From Octopus sinensis (taxonomy: Eukaryota): a stretch of 22,473 nucleotides of DNA. This document shows, in pieces, positions 9,704 to 19,396 of the stretch. Made by a program: the position numbers and the translations under genes. Positions within the stretch are counted from its first letter, which is position 1. Each line of letters opens with the position of its first letter. The stretch is from contig NW_021836961.1 of the NCBI RefSeq assembly GCF_006345805.1, positions 1-22,473 on the forward strand. Reading direction: 5' to 3'. The notes under the pieces are model-generated. The model did no database searches. It was not told where the DNA came from and worked only from the letters and a program-made list of their open reading frames with translations.

Positions 9704-10015
9704 AGGCGGCAAGCTGGCGGAATCGTTAGCACGCCGGACGAAATGCTTAGCGGTATTTCGTCTGCCGCTACGTTCTGAGTTCGAATTCCGCCGAGGTCGA
9801 CTTTGCCTTTCCTCCTTTCGGGGTCGATTAAATAAGTACCAGTTACGCACTGGGGTCGATGTAATCGACTTAATCCGTTTGTCTGTCCTTGTTTGTCCCC
9901 TCTGTGTTTAGCCCCTTGTGGGCAATAAAGAAATAGGTATTTCGTCTGTCTTTACGTTCTGAGTTCAAATTCCGCCGAGGTCGACTTTTGCCTTTCATCC
10001 TCTCGGGGTCGATAA
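9704..10015 (+). mobile_element. SINE-A head + unit + partial second unit
   Basis: Junction AAAGAAATA|GGTATTTCGTC at ~9927-9946; the second unit ends at GGGGTCGATAA. Confidence 0.92.
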
Positions 10016-10440
10016 TCTTTTTCTCTGTCAAGTCCACACTTGTTGCAAAATGTCCAATGGACAAGCCTTGCTATATTGTCGTGGCGTCTCGTATATTCCT
10101 TCTGGGCTAGTGGCGTACATTGGCTGGTAATATGCAATACGGTTTCACCGTTTTGTCCACAGATTTTGCACTTATCACTTTCTGATGTGCTGTCTATTCT
10201 GCATTTTATGTAGTTGGTTCTTAGTGCTTGCTTTTCGGCGGCACGGATTAGAGCCTCCGTTTCCGGTTTTAAATCACTTTTAGTCATCCACAGCCATCTT
10301 TTTTCTTTGTCTGTCTTATCTTCAACATCTCTATGCATTTGACCATGCATTCCTTTCTTTACCCCCCCATATTCAGTTTCATTCGTTTTCAATTTCTTGT
10401 TTAGTGCTTTATCTTTGCAATTTCTTTCTCCATCAATATA
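10016..10440 (-). mobile_element. Dong-R4 clade LINE fragment (pre-endonuclease region with CCHC knuckle)
   Basis: KKGMHGQ...WLWMTKSDLKPETEALIRAAEKQALRTNYIK..I....DKCKICGQNGETVLHITSQC..LAQKEYTRRHDNIARLVHW: C-x2-C-x8-H-x4-C followed by RH, typical of RLE-bearing R4/Dong elements. Confidence 0.85.
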
Positions 10441-10740
10441 TTCGAAAGGATGAAAGGCAAAGTCCACCTCGGCGGAATTTGAACTCAGAACGTAACAGCA
10501 GACGAAATACCTATTTCTTTACTACCCACAAGGGGCTAAACACAGAGAGAACAAACAAGGACAGACAAACGGATTAAGTCGATTATATCGACCCCAGTGC
10601 GTAACCGGTACTTAATTTATCGACCCCGAAAGGATGAAAGGCAAAGTCGACCTCGGCGGAATTTGAACTCAGAACGTAACAGCAGACGAAATACCGCTGG
10701 GAATTTCGCCCGGCGTGTTAACGTTTCTGCCAACTCGCCG
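10441..10740 (-). mobile_element. SINE-A head + unit + partial second unit
   Basis: Same junction in reverse (GACGAAATACC|TATTTCTTT) at ~10501-10520. Confidence 0.92.
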
Positions 10741-10885
10741 GGCTTCTCTCTGCAAAATCCACTCACAAGGCTTTGGTCAGCCCGAGACTGTAGTAGAAGA
10801 CACTTGCTCAGGGTGCCACGCAGTGGGACTGAACCCGGTACCATGTGGTTGGGAAATAAATTTCTCACTACACGTCCCTGCCGGT
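10741..10885 (-). mobile_element. SINE-B 5' portion
   Basis: AATCCACTCACAAGGCTTTGGTC...GACACTTGCTCAGGGTGCCACGCAGTGGGACTGAACC is the reverse complement of the SINE-B head. Confidence 0.88.
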
Positions 10886-10949
10886 GCTGAGTGTCGTGTT
10901 TGCTATCGCAACCGATGAGGAGGTACGAAGTCAATCGGGATTTTCACTC

Positions 10950-11100
10950 TGCATTGTCTATTGACGTATAGGGAAACGCTCAGCCAATCAGAAGCCAGGG
11001 TTTTGACAGCTGCTTTGTTTAACTACCAGGAGTAGTCGGAGTTGTATTATATCCGGGGGAACTCAAGAAACATTGGAGCACTTTTGAGACTTCCGTTCTC
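10950..11100 (+). promoter_or_regulatory. Candidate Pol II promoter-like island
   Basis: CAGCCAATCAG (CCAAT 10984-10988), TGACGT 10962, TGACAG 11004, TATTATAT 11045-11052, ACTTCCG 11089-11095. Motif-only evidence. Confidence 0.3.
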
Positions 11101-11107
11101 ATATCCG

Positions 11108-11116
11108 AGAGAGGGA

Positions 11117-11147
<31 letters not shown>

Positions 11148-11184
11148 CAATAAAGTAAAGAGAATGTATGTATGCATATAAATA

Positions 11185-11225
<41 letters not shown>

Positions 11226-11311
11226 ATATATATAATATATATATATATATTATATATATGTATATATATATATGTATATGTATATATATATGCATACAGA
11301 CAGGTATGTAT

Positions 11312-11343
<32 letters not shown>

Positions 11344-11454
11344 CGTATATGCATATATGTATAAATTATATATTTGTATATATATATATATATTCGTATA
11401 TGCATATATATAAATGTTTGTATTTGTATGTATACACAGGACACACACACACAG

Positions 11455-11490
<36 letters not shown>

Positions 11491-11623
11491 GCATATGTAT
11501 AGAATTACATACACATGTATACACACATATATACATACGTACAACACCACACACACACACACATATATATATATGCATATGTATAGAATACATACACATG
11601 TATACACACATATATACATACGT

Positions 11624-11661
<38 letters not shown>

Positions 11662-11708
11662 GCATATGTATAGAATTACATACACATGTATACACACATA
11701 TATACATA

Positions 11709-11753
<45 letters not shown>

Positions 11754-11970
11754 GCATATGTATAGAATTAATACACATGTATACACACATATATACAACG
11801 TACACACCCACACACACACAACACACACACACATATATATATATGCATATGTATAGAATTACATACACATGTATACACACATATATACATACGTACACAC
11901 ACACACACACACATATATACATATATACATACATACACATATGTTTGTTTGTGTGTGTGCGTACGTGCGT
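11108..11970. repeat. (GA)(TA)(CA) compound microsatellite containing five 84-92-bp higher-order units
   Basis: Marker GCATATGTATAGAAT at 11491, 11575, 11662, 11754 and 11845. Confidence 0.92.
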
Positions 11971-12021
11971 GTGTGTCTATGTATCAGGATGCACTGATAT
12001 TATCTTAATAATAGTGAGCTG

Positions 12022-12055
12022 AATGATGATGATGATGATGATGATGACGACGATA

Positions 12056-12095
<40 letters not shown>

Positions 12096-12200
12096 CAGCA
12101 GCGATGATGACGAGGCAGAATTGGAGGAGGAAGAGGAGGATTATGATGATGATGATGATGATGATGATGACGACTACTACAACGACCACGATAATGAGAG
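12022..12200. repeat. (GAT)n compound microsatellite
   Basis: Visible. Confidence 0.95.
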
Positions 12201-12207
12201 CATCAAT

Positions 12208-12610
12208 AATATTAATACTGAAACCGGACAAAATGCTTATCGACATTTCGTCCGTCTTTACGTTCTGAGTTCAAATTCCGCCGAGGTCCACTTTACCTTT
12301 CATCCTTTCGGGGTCGATAAATTAAGTACTATTTGCGTTCTGGGGTCGATCTAATCGACTGGTCCCCTTCCCAGAAATTTCGGAGGTTTGTGCCTAGAGT
12401 AGAAAAGAATATTAATACTGAAACCGGACAAAATGCTTATCGGCATTTTGTCCGTCTTTACGTTCTGAGTTCAAATTCCGCCGAGGTCGACTTTGCCTTT
12501 TATCCTTTCGGGGTCGATTAAATAAGTACCAGTCATGCACTGGGGTTAATTTCATCGACTTTCTCCATTCTCCCAAATTGCTAACCTTGTGCCAAAACTT
12601 AAACCCAATA
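12208..12610 (+). mobile_element. Two tandem 5'-truncated SINE-A variants (different 3' ends), 200-bp period
   Basis: AATATTAATACTGAAACCGGACAAAATGCTTATCG starts at both 12208 and 12408. Confidence 0.88.
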
Positions 12611-12655
12611 TATTGTTCTTCAACGCTTCAAAAAACCAACTTGTTTGTTTACATA

Positions 12656-13050
12656 GGTGTAGGAGTGGCTGTGTGGTAAGTAGCTTGCTTACCAACCACA
12701 TGGTTCCGGGTTCAGTCCCACTGCGTGGCACCTTGGGCAAGTGTCTTTTACTATAGCCTCGGGCCGACCAAAGCCTTGCGAGTGGATTTGGTAGACGGAA
12801 ACTGAAAGAAGCCCGTCGTATATATGTATATATATTATGTGCGTGTGTGTTTGTGTGTCTGTGTTTGTCCCCCTAGCATTGCTTGACAACCGATGCTGGT
12901 GTGTTTACGTCCCCGTCACTTAGCGGTTCGGCAAAAGAGACCGATTGAATAAGTACTGGGCTTACAAAGAACAAGTCCCGGGGTCGAGTTGCTCGATTAA
13001 AGGTGGTGCTACAGCATGGCCGCAGTCAAATGACTGAAATAAGTAAAAGG
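12656..13050 (+). mobile_element. SINE-B, apparently full length (~395 bp) with internal (TA)(TG) microsatellite
   Basis: tRNA-like head (TGTGTGGTAAG; GGTTCAGTCCC), CCTTGGGCAAG motif reminiscent of CORE-type SINE domains (recalled, unverified), 3' end ...GCAGTCAAATGACTGAAATAAGTAAAAG. Confidence 0.9.
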
Positions 13051-13415
13051 TATATAATGTAATTTGGTTTTTAAATTGTAACTTCGCTTGAACTCGTAAC
13101 ATCACGTTATGTTATAACAGAATCGACTCCGCTAAAAGGAATCAAAGCTCAGGTCCAAATAACGGACAAAGTCCTTCACCCCAAATCCGGAGCTTCCCCA
13201 TATCCTCCGTCTACGTAGCCTTCATTAACAGGTCTTCGGACAACCCGAGCCATGGATCGATAATTGTTACGTCACGCTACACGAGGCAGCTATTGTAAAA
13301 TGCTTTTGTATTCTAAGAAAAAGAATAATCGAATTTAATCCCTCGCCTGTCCTGTGTATCGTATGTAATGCATGGGGCGAACTTCCCTGGTGTCCAAGCG
13401 ACATATGTGATACAC

Positions 13416-13823
13416 GAGCTGGCAAAAACATTAGCACGCCGGGCGAAATGCTTAGCGGTATTTCGTCTGCCGTTACGTTCTGAGTTCAAATTCCGCCGAG
13501 GTCGACTTTGCCTTTCATCCTTTCGGGGTCGATAAATTAAGTACCAGTTACGTACTGGGGTCGATGTAATCGACTTAATACCTATGACTGTCCTTGTTTG
13601 TCCCCTCTATGTTTAGCCACTTGTAGGTAATAAAGAAATAGGTATTTCGTCTGCCGTTACGTTCTGAGTTCAAATTCCGCCGAGGTCGACTTTGCCTTTC
13701 ATCCTTTCGGGGTCGATGAATTAAGTACCAGTTATGCACTGGAGTCGATGTAATCGACTTAATCCGTTTGTCTGTCCTTGTTTGTCCCCTCTGTGTTTAG
13801 CCCCTTGTGGGCAGTAAAGAAAT
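13416..13823 (+). mobile_element. SINE-A head + two complete units within one 13-bp TSD
   Basis: TSD ATATGTGATACAC at 13403-13415 and 13824-13836; junction at ~13640. Confidence 0.95.
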
Positions 13824-14269
13824 ATATGTGATACACATTCCCAATTTATTTCAAACACAAGAGTAACCGGGTTCTAATAAAAGGGAGGCTTTATGTTTCT
13901 TAGAAATGTTTTTTAAACAACATGTTTAAAAACAAGTATGGACTTGTAGTGGGAATATTCATCAACCGCCTGATATCGCAATTCGCTGGAATGTTACCTA
14001 CGTTATCAACAAAATCTAACCAAACCGCGACTTCACGTGGAATAGGCTCCAGCGACAATTGCACCTTTAGGCGCGCTCTTTTCTGAGCCCCATTAATCAG
14101 TATTAATCGACATACGTGCGACTACCAACCAGAGAGCTTTGGGATGTAGCTGAGAGAGCATGAGACAGCATAAGTTATGGGAACGTTGTAAAGCGTTTTG
14201 GTGGGGGACAAACAGAGACTTACATATATTTATCTATGTTCAACAGGCTTCTTTTACTTTCACTTTCCT

Positions 14270-14362
14270 TCTACCAAACGACACTTGCTCAAGGTTGCCA
14301 TGTAGTAGAATTGAAAGCAAGACCGTACGGTTGGGAAGCAAGCTTCTTAATTACCCAGCCAG
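14270..14362 (-). mobile_element. Degenerate SINE-B head
   Basis: GACACTTGCTCAAGGTTGCCATGTAGT...GGTTGGGAAGCAAGCTTCTTAA resembles the reverse complement of the SINE-B 5' end. Confidence 0.6.
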
Positions 14363-14552
14363 ACCTGGGCCTTTTTGTACAGACACCTACATACACACAC
14401 ACACTCATAATACGCACACACACTCATAATACACGCACACACATACACATGTATATAGTTTTGCAATTCACAATCAGTGAAAGTAGAACTCGCTCTCAGT
14501 CATCCATCTTCCCATTTCCCTCCATCTCTCTGTCTGTCTGTGTGCAAATCAG

Positions 14553-14606
<54 letters not shown>

Positions 14607-14671
14607 ACACACACAAACGTACTTTAGCATATATATATAATCGTAGTTGATGTATTAGCTTGCAGTCGATA

Positions 14672-14735
14672 ATTTTCATAACTCTGAATATATATATATA
14701 TATTTATATATATATATCTTCAGAGTTATGAAAAT
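14672..14735. repeat. 17-bp perfect inverted repeat around a (TA)n spacer
   Basis: ATTTTCATAACTCTGAA 14672-14688 / TTCAGAGTTATGAAAAT 14719-14735. Confidence 0.9.
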
Positions 14736-14968
14736 ATAATATGATGTAATATGATACTTTATATTTAAAAAATGTGAAAATATTTATAAATCTGACGTAA
14801 AGGAAGACAAGAGTATGCTTAGTCCATGCACACATGCACACACACACACACACATACACATAACATAAACACATACATACAAACACACACGTACGTATCG
14901 TTAAAGAAGGACAAGGAATCCTCAACGCGCTTACACACATGCAGACATATATCTACTCACATATGGCT

Positions 14969-15003
<35 letters not shown>

Positions 15004-15895
15004 TATATAATATCTATGGATATAGATATGTATAACACACGTATTAGAAAAAGGTGTTTGGAAGAGGTGTTTAGAAGGCGAGCAGAAATATCAGAGGGAT
15101 AGATAAGCAGACGATAACTGGTGATGACGAAACGGGAGCTAAATGTCATCCATATGCAAAGAAAATGAAGGTAAATATATGAATTAATATAAGATTAATA
15201 AATGAGACGAAATAATGACATAAAACTGATCCCCCCTTCTCGACCGTGGCATATCGGTTATTTATTTATTTATTTATTCATATGTTTGTTTATTTATTTG
15301 TTTATTCATGTTAATGTTTGCGTATGTATTTGTGTGTGTGTGTGTGTATGTATGTCTGCGTCTAATACATTCGTATATAAGTGTCTGCGTCTATATTCAT
15401 ATGTGTGTGTGTATTATGTGGGGAAGCGTGTGTTGAAATTCTCATGTATATTTTATGTTTAGCATTTTGTGTACGAATGTATGTGTGTGTGTGTGTGTGT
15501 GTGTGCATATATATATATACGCACAAACACAGACACTCATATATAAGTGAAGAATGAAGTTGTTGGTATTGTAGTTACTATAGATATACATGCAAACGAA
15601 CACACACACACACACACACGCACACACACATGCGCGCACACAAATACACAGGCACTCACACACTCACTCTCACACACGATTATTTATTATATAATAATTT
15701 AGTCTCATGATAGCCAGTATATTTTACCAAACGGTTTCATGCCAGAAAAGTAGAGGCAAGTTTAGCAATCATCGGACATAACAATGATAATGTGTAGCCT
15801 CGGATCTTTCTGCTGGAAAGCCTGGAAACGTCACAGAGTTGTTATAATAATAATAAAAAAAAACAGAACGAAATAAATAGATGAAACAGCGTTCC

Positions 15896-16021
15896 GGTGG
15901 AAAAAGTTCTATCGATAGCTCCAAGAAGGACCTAATTCATACCCTTAATTCTCTTGAGCTCAAAGTCACGATAGAGGCCAACTTGAAACTAGTTGATTTC
16001 TTGGATGTGATCTTAAACATT
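15896..16021 (+). mobile_element. Penelope-like element RT fragment
   Basis: SKKDLIHTLNSLELKVTIEANLKLVDFLDVILN matches the PLE RT pattern KK.I...F...GLKITI..NLK.V.FLDVT. Confidence 0.6.
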
Positions 16022-16255
16022 TCCGTCACTGTATCTCTCTAACGACCAGACCTTCAAATGCTGTTATACACCGCTTCCAATTCTGTCCTGATTGCGCCAT
16101 TCTTTTCCAACTTGCTTGACCAAACCGTTTTCACGTCGTCATGGAGGCCTTCCAAGTGATATTTTTTCCGATCTCTTGGGTACCTCTCGGCAACTGCACG
16201 AGTCCACCTGTTGTCTGCGAACTGCTATTTCTAATATTTTCGGTGTGTGGTTTAA
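16022..16255 (-). mobile_element. RTE-like LINE C-terminal fragment, frameshifted
   Basis: Minus strand: WTRAVAERYPRDRK / SLGRPP*RRENGLVKQVGKEWR..QDR / NWKRCITAFEG matches the W....W.PR..KR..GRP..RW.D...G..W...A.DR..W pattern. Confidence 0.65.
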
Positions 16256-16699
16256 GCAATTTGCTGCAAAAAACCCTTATTATAATTATATAAATGTTTA
16301 CCGAATATGGTCCTTTTCCATACGGAAATACTACTAGGTGAAATTTATTGATTTTATTAAATTAATTATATTTCACTCTTTATCTGTATTGAATACTTTT
16401 ACTCCCCTACAATAAAACTACTATATATACACACATATATGTATCTACTCATGTGCATGTGTGCGAATACGTGTTCGTGCCATGAAACCAACATTCTGAA
16501 GACCCTGGCACACATCAAAAGGTCGAAGGATCTAATAGATGTTTGGCCGATAGACCATGTTCTATGGTCCTATTTGACCAGCAATGACCAGCAACGAGGT
16601 GGTGGTGGTGGTAAATAAATACTTCAACAGCAGCAGCAGTAGCCACGGCAGCAACGGCATCCCTTCTTGGTTGTTTGATCTGGATGACCATTCTGAACA

Positions 16700-17375
16700 C
16701 GGTCACCACAACACCACCACCACCACCACCACCACCACCATCAAGAACACCTCCACCACTCACGTCACCACCACTCACTACCTACACTCTCACTACTGCC
16801 ACCATCCTTACCGCCACCCTCATCACCACCACCACCCTCACCACCAAAATCACCACCTCAAAATCACCACCATCACCCTCACCACCACCACCGCCACCAC
16901 CACCAGAACCAGCAACAGTAGCACCACCATCACCACAATCCTCATCACCGCCAGCACCACTGCCATCCTCAGGACCACCACCACTACCACCACCACCACC
17001 GCAATCCTCAGGACCACCACCACTACCACCACCACCATCGCAATCCTCAGGACCACCACCACTACCACCACCACCACCGCAATCCTCAGGACCACCACCA
17101 CTACCACCACCACCACCGCAATTCTCAGGACCACCACCACTACCACCACCACCACCACCACCGCAATCCTCAGGACCACCATCACCACCACCGCCATCCT
17201 CCGGACCACCACCACTATCACCACCACCACCACCGCAATCCTCAGGACCACCATCACCACCACCGCCATCATCAGGACCACCACCACTACCACCACCACC
17301 ACCACCGCAATCCTCAGGACCACCACCACTACCACCACCACCACCGCAATCCTCAGGACCACCACCACCATTAGA
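16700..17375. repeat. (ACC)n tract containing an 11-unit 30-45-bp minisatellite
   Basis: Core GCAATCCTCAGGACCACC and variants at 16962, 17001, 17040, 17079, 17118, 17163, 17193, 17235, 17265, 17307 and 17346. Confidence 0.92.
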
Positions 17376-17544
17376 ATGAGCAGCAACAGCACCAAAGGGC
17401 AGCTGGATCCAATTAGAATTATGTATTAATAATTAAAGATCTGTTAATGTGACCTTTTGGAGGAACAGTGGCGCCACATGGTGGTGACATTTTATTAAGT
17501 TTAATTGGAATGGATGGAGACATCTTTTATAATTGCTGTTGTTG

Positions 17545-17766
17545 TTTGTTATTGTGGTGGTGATGGTGATGGTGATGGTGATGATGAGGCCGATAGTAGA
17601 GACTGTAGTGGCGGTGGCGGCGGCGGTAGTGGTGGTAGTGGTGGTGGTGATGGTTGTGGTGGTGATGGTTGCGGTGGTCATGATGACGATTATGGTGATG
17701 GCGGTATAGTTTGATTTTGGTGGTGGCGGTGATCGCGGTGGTGTTGTTGCTGGTAACGATGATGAC

Positions 17767-17811
<45 letters not shown>

Positions 17812-17858
17812 CGAGTTTGTGGTAGTGGTATTGGTGTTGACGGAAGTGGTAATGGTGT

Positions 17859-17889
<31 letters not shown>

Positions 17890-18050
17890 GATGATGATGG
17901 TTGTGTTGATGGTGGTGGTGCTGCTGTTGGTGGTGGTTGTAGTTATTTATTGATGCTGTTGGCGTTAGTGGTGGAGTTAGTGTTGTGGCTGTGTGCTAGT
18001 GTTAGCCTTGTTGCTGCTGTTGTTGTTGTTGTTGTTGTTGCTATTGGTGT
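17545..18050. repeat. (GGT/GAT/GTT)n compound microsatellite
   Basis: Visible. Confidence 0.92.
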
Positions 18051-18089
18051 TGGCTGTACTCTTACGACTGTTATTCTTTTAGTAACAAA

Positions 18090-18476
18090 GCCAGCACTTT
18101 CGAGGGGAGGGGGCTAAGTCGATTACATAATGACCCCAGTGTCTCACTGGTGCTTATTTTATTGACCTCGAAAAGATGAAAGGCAAAGTCAACCTCAGTG
18201 GAATTTAAACTTCACAACGTACAGCCGGACGAAATGCCGCTAAGCATCTAGTCCGGCATGCTAACAGGCTTGCCAGGCACAAGGCCAGTGATTTGGAGGG
18301 GCGGAGAAATCGATTACATCGATTCCAGTGTTTCACTGGTGCTTATTTCATCGACCCAGAAAGAATGAAAGGCTAAGTCGACCTCGGTGGAATTTGAACT
18401 CAGAACGTAATGACACACGAAATGCCGCTAAGCATTTCGTCCGGCATGATAAACGGTTCTGCCAGCTCACCGCCTT
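18090..18476 (-). mobile_element. Two tandem diverged SINE-A variant copies
   Basis: Each has ...GAAAGGCWAAGTCRACCTC...GAAATGCCGCTAAGCAT...; ~18090-18276 and ~18277-18476. Confidence 0.85.
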
Positions 18477-18944
18477 TTGATAGTATTGTTTGTAGATCGC
18501 CGGTGCCGTTTAACCCCAGGTCAATCTTACCCCTTAACAAACAGACATTATTAACCCCTCAATTGATCAATTATTTTGACATGGCGTTTCATTTCAGAGC
18601 ATATTTTTTAAATTTCCTTTTCTAATTATATACACTGTGTTAATTACAAAAAGAAAAGTTTTTTTTTCATCTTGTTTCCTTTATTTTTTATTATGGAAAT
18701 TAAAATGTATTTTTACTCATTTGGATTTAAACGAGTTAACTCGGACATTGAAAAAATACATATAACTTAACTATCTTCGATTTTTTTATAAGATGTTTTG
18801 CTTTTAAATCAAAGGAAATTTTTTAAAAAATGAGATAGACAGTTTATTTAGAATGATAATTTTTAAAACAAGGAGTTACACACAAATTATCTTGCAGACA
18901 TCACACATGTATCTGCTTTCTCTTCGAATTTTTTTCTTTTAGCA

Positions 18945-19176
18945 TCGGTTGTCAAGTGATGTTGTGGGGACAAACACAGACACACAAACGCACACACATA
19001 CACATACACACACAAACACACACATATATATATATATACGTATATAGGACGGGCTTCTTTCAGTTTTCCGTCTACCAAATCCACTCACAAGGCTTTGGTC
19101 GGCCCGAGGCTATAGTAGAAGACATTTGCCCAAGGAACCAAGCAGTGGGACTGAACCCGGAACCATGTGGTTGGTA
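18945..19176 (-). mobile_element. SINE-B, partial
   Basis: GCATCGGTTGTCAAG...GGGCTTCTTTCAG...GGGACTGAACCCGGAACCATGTGGTTGG is the reverse complement of SINE-B. Confidence 0.9.
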
Positions 19177-19179
19177 TCG

Positions 19180-19396
19180 AAAGCAAAGTTGACCTCGCGG
19201 TGAAATTTGACCTCGGCGAAATTTGACCTCGGCGAAACTTGACCTCGACGAAATTCGACCTCGACGAAATTCGACCTCGGCGAAATTCGACCTCGACGAA
19301 ATTCGACCTCGGCGAAACTTGACCTCGACGAAATTCGACCTCGGCGAAATTCGACCTCGACAAAATTTGACCTCGACGAAATTTGACCTCAGAACG
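19180..19396 (-). repeat. 16-bp minisatellite (12 units) derived from a SINE-A segment
   Basis: GACCTCGRCGAAAYTY x12 (19191-19384) flanked by GCAAAGTT and GACCTCAGAACG, the SINE-A flanks of this segment. Confidence 0.93.

Noticed and set aside
16496-16530. Hammerhead-like CTGAAGA...GGTCGAAG
   Set aside because: Stem II closing pair would be C-C, and GAAA is GAAG; the core is not satisfied.
19191-19384. CRISPR-like regular repeat
   Set aside because: Units are contiguous with no unique spacers, no cas genes are present, and the context is eukaryotic.
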